Positions 47,122 to 59,976 of a DNA stretch of 64,000 nt are shown piece by piece (the first letter of the stretch is position 1; every line of letters begins with the position of its first letter). The notes under the pieces were generated by a model. It made no database searches, had not been told where the DNA came from, and worked only from the letters and a program-made list of their open reading frames with translations. The position numbers were made by a program, and so were the translations under genes. Source of the stretch: Octopus bimaculoides (Eukaryota); contig NC_068993.1 in assembly GCF_001194135.2 (NCBI RefSeq), positions 55,215,431-55,279,430 of the forward strand. Reading direction: 5' to 3'.

Positions 47122-50100
47122 ATATTATCGGTATAAAAGTGACCAAACTACCTAGTTGTGTCTGCCGTTCATCATTTCTCCTTCTTTTCATTTCCAACAT
47201 AACCACATATACACACACACAGACACACACACACACATTCACAGTAATGTCCTCCTCTCATATTTGCTACCATCCATTTCATTTGATTTTTATTGAATGT
47301 CAAATTAAGTCGTGATTACTATGATATTACTAGCAATAATAATTAATAGGTGTCTTAATAGCCACAAGGACGACGACTGAGGGACATTTTTACAAGGCAG
47401 GACAAAGATTGCTGGTAGACACTAAGTCTTGACTTAGACTAAAAGTGATTAAATAGAATTTTTCGAACAATACTTGTTTAACGATTTGTTAAATATTTTT
47501 AAGACAACGGTAAGGATCAATAATTTAGTTTATTATAACAATTGTTCAAGAAAAATTAATTTAAATAATTGAATATTTTTTAGTGCTTAGAATTTATTAC
47601 TTGCATAAAATGGTATTTTCAAACCGTATTTTATTTGTAATTTTTTCTTATTTGTTAACTAAGCCACTTTTTTTACTTCAGATTGACAATATAAGGTGAG
47701 ATTTTATTATTTTTTTTGATTGTTTAATTAAAGAACTAAGCTAATAAGGAGGGGAGGGGGTCAAAAAGGGCGTGGCAAGATCTTAGGATTATTTTATTTA
47801 ATTCAATTGAAGGGAGAAATTGCCTTGTTAATTTTGTCTTATTGTTTATAATTCTGTTGAGAAATACACTTAAAAAATGATTTATTATGAAGATAGAATT
47901 TTCAGGTTCTTGTGCCGCCCACACCATGTGAAGCAACACTACATAATGAATGTCTATTGCATGCAATCCGAATGATAGATGCCTTACTTATGTTCATATA
48001 TAATGTGTGTAATAAGCATTATTTATACAAAGTACATATATATATATAAATATTACAATATGTTGAATCATTTAATTTAAAGCGATCATTTTTTAAAAAT
48101 TAAATGTTCCGCTTCGTGTGTTATATATAATGGATAGGTGTTGATCTCGCTAGTGTGTATGTGCGTGTGTTGATTGTAGTAGCAAATCCAGCGAGATATG
48201 TTGAGTAGAGATGTTATTTTAATTAATGCTGCCGCCACTTTCGTCATCGTCACCACCATCACCTGTGGGATTTTTGTTTTCCCTCGCTAGTAGTAATACT
48301 AGTATAGTAGGAGCAGTAGTATTCATTCTGCTGCTACTGCTGCTAATACTATTCAGTGATGTGAGGATAATTTAGCATTTAAATATGTATGTGTATGTGT
48401 GTGTATATATATATATATATATATACATACATATATATATATATAGTGGCCATTTTTACGGTTACCCGTTTTTTTATTTCTAATTGTGCGGTCATTGTAT
48501 TGGAAATTACAAAATGTATTCCTCACATATATTGGAATTATAATGATCGTCTTAACGATCTTTTTCGTTAACCATTTCTTTCTTCCTTCCCCGTCCACTA
48601 TTTTTGGATATATTCATGGAAATCCACACACACACACACATATATGTATAATGTGTGTGTGTGTGTGTGTAATGATAATGATAGTATATTTCATCGTTTA
48701 GTCCGCCTCCCCTTCTCTGTTGGTCATTTTCTCGCTCGGAAATTACAGTAAAGCAAAGCAACACGTGATGATGATTACGATGATGATTAGTAATCGCCAC
48801 CACCACCGTTAATTGATAACACACGATGATGGTGTATTCGGCATGAGATCAATTATTGGAGTATGGTGGCGATGGGTGATATATTAGTCTATTAAATGGA
48901 CCTCAATACATAACTGATAATTTATTAGCCTTCGGTCGGATGACAGTTGTCCGTTATTGCCGTTGGAAATCAAGACGTAGATAGGACCGAAATACATTGT
49001 TTGGTCCTACGATGTCTCGTATCAACAGTTTTAACTAGAATAATTATAATTTCCAAGAGCTCAGTTACAGGTGGGGAAAATAAGATTTTGTGACGTTTCT
49101 TCTTTGTTTAAGGTTGTTAGTAGTGCACGTGAAGTGATATAGTTTCGGCCAAGAATAGAACTGGTCGTTGTGGCGGCTTTCTGTGGCTCATTTTCCCTTA
49201 CAATACCGCATTGATTCCAGATTTACCTAGTGAATAAAATAATACGCTTATTTTTCGAGACGATTCCAATATCTACGAGAGATGGACTAAATCCAAGCTT
49301 TGGAAGATTCTAACAGCAATTAGAAATTCCAAAGAAATAAGGTGCAGCTTTCTGTTGAGAATCAGTAATTAGGTTTCCATTGTCGCTCCAAACTACATCA
49401 CTGCTGAGAAAGAAGCCAAGAACTAACCCCGTTTGTTTAAAAAAAAAATCTAAGTCCTCGTTATCCCTTTTTTACTAGCGCTACTTTAATAAACGATTTC
49501 TTTTGACTAGGTGAGGTAACTGGGTTTTTTAGTGGGAGTGGATATATTTCATTGGAACAACCATCTTTTAACACTGATATCGTCATTATCGAATGGAGAA
49601 AGAAAAAAAATAGGCAAGGTCGATTTCGATGGAATTTGAACTCTAAAAATGTAATAATGCTTTCTTTATTTATACCAGGCACAAAGGCGTCTGTTCTAGG
49701 GTGGGGACAGCGAATGCGTTGGATTTCTGAACGCACGCGCAACAAGTAAAACGAGCATAAATGAATTTAGAATTGAATAATAATTAGGAAGCGTCTATGT
49801 GGTCTCCCGATCGGCTATAAATAGTAGCTAAATGGACCTCAAAATACACTCATAGGTTCCGAATGTACTGGTGGATGGTGACATCTATAAGAATCTTAAC
49901 CATATCGAGCTTAAATAATTTATAATCCTTGTAGTTTAGTGAAGACAGGATGTGGTGATGATAATGCCTTCTCTGAGGTCTTACGGTATCAATCAAGACC
50001 AAATTTACGTCATTTCAGAATGGAAATTAGGTTACAATATCGGACTTGCCAAGAAATTATCTAAGTAATAATTATAAAGACGTATGACCGTCACATCATC

Positions 50101-52789
50101 GAATGTTTAGTCGTCTCCGTCTTATATCTGCTTGGCTGTGGTTTAAATTTGTCATTGTAGCTAAATAATAATGTATTTTTAATATTGCTATTTACGTCAC
50201 CTCTGAGTTCAATTCCTGCTGGGGTTCACTTTATCGTCATCTTTCCAACATTTATACCATAAGCACTGTTCAAACATTGTGATCGATTTTAATGTCTGTT
50301 TCCCCCTCCACACACGCAAACAATTGTCGCCTTGCACCAGTGTTGAAAATCATTAAATCCTAAATGTCAGAAATATGTATTTCTCTGTGTACGAGTATTT
50401 GCGATTGTGTATAATTATGTATATGTGTACTTAAGATTGTATGTATAGAAATGTTTAATTTTGTGTATACTATTATATATATATATATCTTGCTTCAATC
50501 ATTTTCGACTGCGGTCATGCAGGGCTACTGCCTTCAAGAATTTTAGTTGAACGAATCGACTCCAGGTCCTATTTTTATAAGCCTGGTACTTTTTTCTATC
50601 GGTCTCTTTTGCCGAACCGCTATGTTACGGGGACGTAAATAAACCAACACCGATTGTACACAGTGTTGGGGACAACGCACAGATATATATATATACACAC
50701 ACATACATACATACACACACACACGACAGACTTCAATCAGTTTCCGTCTACCCTCACGGCTATAATTGAAGACACTTGCCCAAGATACTCGCAGTGCACT
50801 GAACCCAGAACCATGTGATTGTGAAGCAAACCTCTTACCACACGGCCACACATTTCTTTAAAAATTTGTATATATTACATGATGGCTGTTCACTGGCTTT
50901 CGCAGAAGACTGACACCTTATATAAGCCACCAGTATTCAAATTAGTTGCTATGTGTTGTTAATTTTCCTATAAACGTAGGACGTAACATATATATATATA
51001 AAAAAATTAATTAAAAAAAACTAGGGAACAAAGTCAATAATACCCAAGAAGAATTTTGGATCCAAAAAGGCTTGTTCAACACCTCATAGATACGCTACCC
51101 TACTAGCATAATCCACGGGCAAGCATGAACAAGTTATCTGGTGTTAATAAGTGTTGCAATCTCTTGATACTTAACCCTTCTACCATTCAGATTACTCTGT
51201 CAAATGTAATGCTTATTTATTCAGTTTTGAATTGGATCATGCAGTATCTAATAGCTTCAAGGTTTTGATGATGTGATTGTTTATTTTTAGAATGACATTG
51301 TAGGGTATGTACGAGAGGCCAAATCTGGCTGGTTCGAGCATAAAACACTCTAAAATATTTAGGTCAGTTATGGCTGGTTTAAATGCTGAAGAGTTTCGAA
51401 GGAACAGAAACTTTTCCCCAGAAGAGTTGATGTTATATGAGAGTAACATCCAAGACATCATTTCAAGAAATGGCTAACTTGCACAAATGGACTAGCAGTA
51501 TGATTAAGACACTGGAACACATATGTAAATATTGACCCTGCGTTACTTTCAACCATCTGTTTTATATGTGGCTGTCCTGATGGAATTAATTTGACTCCCC
51601 TTCCCAGGCTACATTGGTGACCCCCAAATTTTACTGTATTGTTCAAATAACCTATAACTATATAATATGCATACATGTAATATATGGGTGTATATATAAT
51701 ATATTGGGTTACTTCACTTAGTGATTTCCGTGATAAGCTTGTGTATCTGTACATGTCTGTGCATATGTAATTCCTCAGATGTGCAGGTGCATAGATATGT
51801 ATGAACATATACATGGGTGTGTTTATATACAGCTATTTATGTATTAATAGATGTGTGCATATATGTATTGATATAAATATCTAAAGATGTATGTAAATAT
51901 GTATAATGATGTATGTAGGTGTATATACACATATCCAAAAATATGCATAATATACTTATATATAAGTATACACGTGTGTGTGTATATATAAATGTATAAG
52001 TATCTGTGTCTGGTTATATATGTGAACCTTTTTCAGTTACTATCTACCAAGTCATAAGGTTTTCATTGGCCTAGGATTATAGTAGATATTTGCCCAAGGT
52101 GCCACATGGAGGGACTGAACCCAAAGTCATGGTTGGGAGGCAAACTTAACACATCTACACCTATGTGTGTGTGTATATATATATACTTATTAAACTGTAG
52201 TCATGTTCGGGACCCCCCCCCCCTTGAAGTTTTAGTCTAATGAATTTGACCCCAGCACAATTGTCCAGCAGTGATGTGGAACTACACAAACACAAACCGG
52301 CTTCTTTCAGTTTCTGTCTACCAAATCCACTCACATGACTTTGTCCTGAGGCTATATATAGTAGAAGACTGAAGCTGGAACCATGTGTGTGGAAAGGGTT
52401 CCACCAAACCTGAAGGCTATGTTGCACTCCAGTGTCAGCTTTGGCAGAGTTTTTTTTTTTTTCCTGTTGGATACCAATCACTTTACAGAGTGTACTGGGT
52501 AATTGTCTTTTTGGTAGTATTAGCACTAGTGAGGTTAGGTTACCAAGTAACTTATAAGACAGCACCATTTGACAGAGGAAGTGACCATGTGCCAGGTGAT
52601 GAGTTGCTTGATTAATAGGACAGGAACAGGTGTCTTTGCTATCTGGAAGTTACATGGCAGCCCCAGAAAAAGAAAAGATGGTCGGGAAGAGGCTAAGCCA
52701 TTACAAAGAAGAAAACAAATAAGCTGTAAATGATCTGCATTAACTATCACAATGTGCAACAACAAATCAGTCAGCAAGTTGTGCTTGTC

Positions 52790-53005
52790 GGTGGTGCACC
52801 ATACAGTCTGGAACCCCACAGATTGAAATCTGTGGGGTCCAGTGGAAAAACAGCCAGCCATTGTGAAAGATTTGTAAGTGCAAGTAGCAGCAAAGAAATG
52901 GGTACAGCAGTACATGCCTGAATATTTTCAAAGACAATGTGAGAGTTGGGTTCAACAAAGGAGCAAATATATCATTTGCTATGGAGATTATGCGGAGTGT
53001 GTAGA
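52790..53005 (+). mobile_element. Decayed mariner transposase C-terminus
   Basis: APYSLEPHRL (~PPYSPDL) and QVAAKKWVQQYMPEYFQ...WVQQRSKYIICYGDYAE (~W....P.EFF..GI..LV.RW.KCI...GDYVE). Confidence 0.6.
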
Positions 53006-53466
53006 AGAAGCATTCTATCAACGTGTGGAATTTGAATATCTAAAGTCAGTTGGTAAAAAAGTTATGGCCACCTTAGCATGACTGAAACAACTAAATGATA
53101 TATATATATATATACTCAATACAAACATTGGCTGCTTGTTTCTCTGGGATTGGTCTAATTGATGTAGACACCTGGTGAAACCCAATAAGGTTTGCAAATT
53201 GATTAAACCTGTTCATATTTTCAATCTATGATGAAATAGCTGAATTTGCCATATATATATATATATATATAATGATATGCAATTGTAAGATCCAAGGATT
53301 TAGGTGTAAGAAGTTAGTAAGCTTTGAGCAGTCTGTAGAAGGTATAAAAAACAGCTTTCAGGAACAATAATTTATTGGCGTAAAAGGTTGTAGGTTTTTT
53401 TCATAGTTTAGGGTTGCTATGAATGCGAATAAAAGTCCAAATTGAGGGGATGGAGCAGTTAAAATC

Positions 53467-53727
53467 CAGGTTACATTTATTTTCTGTCTAGCAGAACCTC
53501 AGAAGTAATAATTACTCAACAAGGGGTACTCTATTACTCATCAGGCCAAAGATACCCTAGTTAAATGAAAGTTACATTGTCATCAAGGGATCCTAACTCC
53601 GGCAAGTTAACTTAAGGTCCCTTAACAACAATGTTACCTTCATTTAACTAGGGTGTCTTCAGCCTGATAAGTTACTCATTGTAATTATTACTTGTGAGGT
53701 TCTGCTGGCTGGGAACCATGTAACCTG
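53467..53727. repeat. Imperfect fold-back element (~260 bp hairpin)
   Basis: caggttacat..ctagcagaacctcagaagtaataattac..ataccctagttaaatgaa..aagggatcctaa mirrored by ttaaggtccctt..ttcatttaactagggtg..gtaattattacttgtgaggttctgctgg..atgtaacctg. Confidence 0.8.
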
Positions 53728-54910
53728 AACTCTGCCTGCTTGATTTGGACTCACATATATACAGACGTGTATGTGTGTGTATATATAATATTTACACATG
53801 ATGGCTGCAATTCAATTTCAAGCTATGTTGTTGCTTGATTGTTTTCCTAAACATGAGCAGCTTGGATGTAGTTTTTTAGTCCTGCTAGAGACTTACATTC
53901 TTTTGCACAGATGTTACAACAATGGGTGCTTCTTGCAATAGATGTCCAGAGACTTTGCAACACATACTGACACATGCTTTCAGTTTATCATGGAATTTCT
54001 TGTTGAGTGTTTTACCTTTCTCAGCTATGGCCAGACTAGAATACAACACATATTGATGTTAAAATCAAGTGATAGCTGTGCAAGAAGCTTTTTTGAGAGA
54101 GGAAAAGCCTTGCCTTGCTGTCCATCAGTTATGACAAGAGGGTTCCAGTTGATTTCATCACCAGAAGGGCCAGCTCATGAAATTGATGTGCAAGTGGCTG
54201 AGCACTCCACAGAAATGCATACCATTAATGTAGCTCCCGGGCAGATTTAGCATGATACAGAATGTGAGAAGGCTGACCCTTTTTAATTACAGGTACAACT
54301 CATTTTTGCCTTCTGAATGGACTGGAGTAAGGGGAAATAAAATGTCTTGTTACCAAGAATCGAACTCATGATCGGTAACCAAATATTCTGGTCATTAAGT
54401 GACGCACCTTGACAAGGGCCAGTCTCCAAACAATATATGCCTTTGGAAAATTACTATTTTTAAATCTCACAACGTGAAATATTCAGCAACAGTACTTTGT
54501 CTCCTAGGGCTAAATTACAGCAACATTCGTCCTAGACTGGGACTGCCATGTTATGCTGGCAAACAATCTTTACTACAATATATGCCTTTGTTCAGAAATA
54601 ATAACTGGTCTACATCATTGGGTGCAGATGAAGTTGCAAGTATTATAAGAGAGTTCTCCTTCTAAAGAGATGTCCTAAAGGAATCTCACTCACAGCTATT
54701 AGATGGCGGTTGATTCTACAGTCTACTCTTTGACATGTTAGTTTTAAGTTCTCTAAGCTATCCAATAAAAACCACTCTCCTTACAAAGTGGCATTCATAG
54801 GGTTGGTGTTGTAGTCACCAACAGCCCTACTATACTACAAGCTGAACTAGATGACATTTTACCACTAGCACTAAGAGTAACCTCACATAAACATATATAT
54901 ATATATATAT

Positions 54911-55107
54911 ATTGGTGCATAATCATTGAGGCTTTTTTCAACAAATCATCTTTAAATGATTATTCTGGAGCATATTCACCATCTATTTCAGTTACTGCTT
55001 CCCATTTGCTTGGTGGACAGTCAGACTGTCATTTACAAATGTTTTTGTTAAATATTGTTATTGTTTTTGTTGAAAAAAAGCCGCAATAATTATGCACCAA
55101 CCCAATA
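54911..55107. mobile_element. mariner-family MITE with MADE1/Hsmar1-like TIR
   Basis: ttggtgcataatcattgaggcttttttcaac ... ttgaaaaaaagccgcaataattatgcaccaacccaata; TA flanks. Confidence 0.75.
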
Positions 55108-56450
55108 TATATATTCAATGATATATACATTAATATACAGCAATATTAATTGATGAAAAATTGAAGAACAACGAACAAGTGAAATGGCTCCAAACAGCAA
55201 GAAAGGAAAGTGATATCAAGGAGCAGTGGTGGGGGGAGGGTTTTCCTTGATTGAGTGAAGTATCCATATATATTCATTTATTCTTTTACTTCTTTCAGTC
55301 ATTTGACTGTAGCCTTGAGCAAGATACTTTATTTTATGTTACCCCAGTCCACTCAGCTGGCAAAAATGAGTTGTACCAGTAATTAAAAAGGGCCAGCCTT
55401 GTCACATTCTGAGTTACATTGAATCTCCCTGAGAACTGTGGAGTGCTCAGCAACTTGCACATTAATTTCACTAGCAAGCTATTCCATTAATCAGATTGAC
55501 TGAAACCCTTATTGTCATAACTGCCACAGTACCAGTTTAAGTCCCCATCTCCACATCTCAAATACTGTCACCATTGTTCCACTCTACAAATTCGAATTTC
55601 CTGTATACAAGTACTCTACTACTACCATCACCACCACCACACACACTGTTTACACTGGGAAGTGGTTGACTCTATGAGCAGAAAATGTTCGTGGTTATGA
55701 AGTCAACCTATCCAACCTCTCTAGTGCGGAGGCAACTAGGAAATGCACCCAGTATACTCAATCAAGTGCTTAGCATTAGGAAGAAACCAAACCAAATGAC
55801 ATGTATTAGCATTAAGTTCTTGGGAGCAATAACTCCCATCAGGAAGCGACTCAAAATGTGACGAGCTGTCCAAACCATGGCTGCAAAATACTGATGATGA
55901 TGTATATATGTAAAAGTGCCCTTTCAGTCGTGAATGACCGTGAATTTGCTCCTAGAAAGTTCCTCTCCAAAGCACAAGTCTGGGCAAGGTTGTCTATGGA
56001 AGACCAGCAGTCACCCATGCATACCAGAATCTAATTTCTAGTATAATGTTATCCAAGGGAAAGGCAAATGCAGATATAACTTGGCATCAGTGATGTTGCA
56101 ACTCATTTCTACAGCTGAGTGAACTGGAACCACATGAAATAAAGTGTCTTACTCAAGAACACAACACACAACCCAGTCAGGAATTGAACTCACTACCTCA
56201 TGATTGTGAGCCTGACACTCTAACCACTGAGCCATACATGTGCACGTATATATTCTTTTATTGTTTTACTTATTTCAGTCATTTGACTGTGGCCATGCTG
56301 GAACACCGCCTTTAGTCAAGCAGATCAACCGCAGGACTTATTCTTTGTAGGCCTAGTACTTACTCTATAGGCTTTTTTTTTTGCTGAACCGCTAAGTTAC
56401 AGAGGCGTAAACACACCAGCATTGGTTGTCAAGCGATGGTGGGGGGACAA

Positions 56451-56497
<47 letters not shown>

Positions 56498-56627
56498 CAA
56501 GTAAGCAATAAGGTTTGAGAGGAATACAGTTTTGTAGAAATGAAAGGAGAAATATATATATATATATATATATACATATATATATCTATATGTGTGTGTG
56601 TGTGCGCACACATATACATAGACACAC

Positions 56628-56858
56628 ACATATTTCATGCGTTAGGAAGGGCGGATTCTTGCAGTGGTTCATATTTTCCTAGCATATAAATACACATATA
56701 AACATACGATATGTTTCCAGTTGAGGGCTTGAGGGACCATAATCTCAAGCCCTCAACTGTAAACATATCACATGTTTATATGTATGAGTATATTTATATG
56801 CAAGGAAAATACGAACCACTGCTGCGCGAATCCACCCTTCCTAACGCATGAAATATGT
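56628..56858. repeat. Near-perfect long hairpin (~110-bp arms, 10-nt loop)
   Basis: acatatttcatgcgttaggaagggcggattc...cagttgagggcttgag [ggaccataat] ctcaagccctcaactg...gaatccacccttcctaacgcatgaaatatgt. Confidence 0.9.
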
Positions 56859-56960
56859 TTGTGCATATGTATATATATATATATGTGTGTATATATAGAT
56901 AGATAGACAGACAGGCAGGCAGGCAGGCAGACAGACAGACAGATAGACAGATAGATAGAT

Positions 56961-57935
56961 AGTTGAATATGCACTGAGATTAGTTAAAATATATTTTTAT
57001 TAATATATTTAAAGCCTTAACCGGTTTCACAGTTGATACTGATTTTCAAAAAGTTCAAATAGAAAAACATGGCTGTCTTGCTTCTGACTAGTGTTTGAAG
57101 CTTTCCCTATTTTTATAGGGAGTTCAAGGCTGAAATTAGTATATATTTTCAATAGGATTCGATTGGTAGTGGATAGTCACATGACTGGTCTTAGAAATTT
57201 TTGTAGGTACCCTGATACGTCTGTGTGTTAGTATCAAGTGACAATGTTTGGTGTCATAAGTTAAGGCATGGATAAACAAAGAAAATACTTTCATACAAAA
57301 GTACAAACCAAGACTTAGAAAACTTTAGCAGAGTACATACACAAATAACTATCCACACACAAAATTCATTCTGTCACTTATCATGAGGAAGCTACACAGC
57401 TAACAACCTAAACTTTAGCCACTGGACTACATACAAACGGATTAAATTTGGAGTGCTTTGATTGTAACTAAACAAGTTCACTCAACCGTCGGCCTTCTTT
57501 TTAGGCGCAAAATATACTGTCACTAATGCACAAACATAGCGGGAAACATACAAAAGGTTATAAACTTAATCATGTGTTCATTCTCTACAAGCACTTAACA
57601 GAAAACATTCGGAGTATTGATTGTTTGGACATGTTCAGTCAACCGTGTCAACCTTAACTTACAACACCAAACATTATCACTTGATACTAATACATGGATG
57701 TAGTGGGGGTACCTACAAAAATTTCTAAAACCAGTCATGTGGCTATCCTCTACCAATTGAATCCTATTCGAAACATATACTAATTTGAGCCATGAACTCC
57801 CTATAGAAATAAGGCAAGCTTCAAACACCAGTCAGAAGCAAGACAGCTGCAACATAAGCCATGTCTGTGAAACCAGTTAAAGCTTTAAATATATTAATAA
57901 AAAATATTTTAACTATTCTCAGTGCATTTTCAACT
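56961..57935. repeat. ~975-bp element with ~300-bp inverted arms
   Basis: 56961-57266 is the reverse complement of 57652-57935 (e.g. gctgtcttgcttctgact / agtcagaagcaagacagc; tagtatcaagtga / tcacttgatacta). Confidence 0.85.
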
Positions 57936-58917
57936 TCTATTTTTCAAAATATTATACATATATATATAATGTATGTGTGTGTATTTACACTAATTCCTGT
58001 GAACAATATAATGATGTCTTGAGTTTAATCCATAATCTTGCTCGTCTTCTGCAGTTTGTTGAAACAGAAAGCTAAAGAACTTTTTCTCTTTCATGCTAAT
58101 CCCTTATCACTTTCCTCAACTCACTGTATTCTGTTGTTATATTTGATATTACCATTTTCTGTCAGTAATATTTATAATTTGAAGGCAGTGAAAGAAAATA
58201 AATAAACAGTAGTGGGGAGAAGTATTGGGGATAGAGTTGTGTGCCATTTGAGAGATTTAAAGGGTAGAGCGACAGACAGGAGATACATGGATTACTCAGT
58301 TGGAAGGGAAAGGAGAGTGTTAGGGAGAATGATACGACAAAGATGTGTCGGAACATGCCTTTGAGGGACTTTGTGGGTGGTGAGAATGGATGTCCATAAA
58401 AAAATTTTATCTCAGACAAAATCTGCAGCAACTTGCCTGTCAACAGTGCATATATATTAAATTTGATACCCAATGATTGCCTCATTTTGTCAGATGGTAG
58501 CCGACTCACATCCAGCCTGATTGTTCTGATTTATACAGAATAGATCAAGAAAAGAAATGATAGTGATTCATCTGTATGTCATTGGATTTAAGTGACAAAA
58601 GCTTGTACACTCTTGGTTGCCATAATAGGTTCCAGTGACAAGCATTACAAAATAACTGGTACTATTTTGACAGTAAGCTTTATGTCTGAGCTACCTTTCT
58701 CACGGTTTTCTAAAAATTAATGGGAGCCTCCTGGACTCTGGGAAATCTATTTAATCCATAGACAAAACCCTAGCAGGTACTAACTGCTATTCTAGGTCAG
58801 AACAGACCTGAGAGTCTGTAATTGTAATTAAAAGGTGTCGCCACATTCAACATTACATGCAGTTTAATATCACACCCAGCATACATAGATACATAGATGG
58901 ATACATACACACACACA

Positions 58918-58948
<31 letters not shown>

Positions 58949-59697
58949 GCAAACATATACATACATATTATATTGACACAGGAGTGGCTGTGTGGTTGGT
59001 AGCTTGCTTACCAACCACATGGTTCCAGGTTCAGTACCACTGCATGGCACCTTGGGCAAGTCTTCTATAGCTTTGGGCTGACAAAGGCCATATGAGTGGA
59101 TTTGGTAAACAGAAACTGAACGAAGCCCATCATATATATAAATATATATATGTGTGTGTGTGTATGTCTGTGTTTGTCCCCCCACCATTGCTTGACAACT
59201 GATGTTGGTGTGTTTACGACCCAGTAACTTTGCAGTTCGGCAAAAGAACCGATAGAATAAGTATTAGGCTTACAAAGAATAAGTGCTCGACTAAAGGCAG
59301 TGCTCCAGCATGGCGACTGTCAAATGACTGAAACAAATAAAAGAATATAATATAAATATTTGAAACCAAAACACCAAGCAACGCAGGTGAAGCGTTAGAC
59401 AAAATACTTTAGTTAATGTCGATACATGAATAGAAAGACAAAAGGTATTGTGTTACCTGATGTACATTGTTTAATGATCTTAAAATAGTATAGGATCATT
59501 AAATAACTACGTAAGGTAACACAATATCTTTTACCTTTGTTTCCATTTTTTTGACATAGCTGTGTATGTTTTGTCTAAATTCTCACCTGCATTGCTCATA
59601 GGTTTTTCAAACATTGACATCATAAATTACATATACCATACACTGCAATGCTTCATGCAAATTAGAATATTCTTTGATGTGTGCGTGCGTGTGTGTG

Positions 59698-59700
<3 letters not shown>

Positions 59701-59771
<71 letters not shown>
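59701..59771. repeat. (TA)n microsatellite
   Basis: Directly visible. Confidence 0.95.
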
Positions 59772-59775
<4 letters not shown>

Positions 59776-59934
59776 CAGTAAGAGGGTACAAGAAATAAAG
59801 ATAAAAGGAGAGGGAAAGAAAGACAATAAATCTCCATCATAGTCTTTTGCTATGGGGCAAATTATATATATGTGTGTGTGTGTGTGAGTGTGCGTGCATG
59901 CATAGAGAAATATATAATTGTTTTATATATAAAC

Positions 59935-59976
<42 letters not shown>

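Noticed and set aside
58162-58509. 115-aa minus ORF possibly Penelope/LINE-derived
   Set aside because: Resemblance too weak to assign without a database search.
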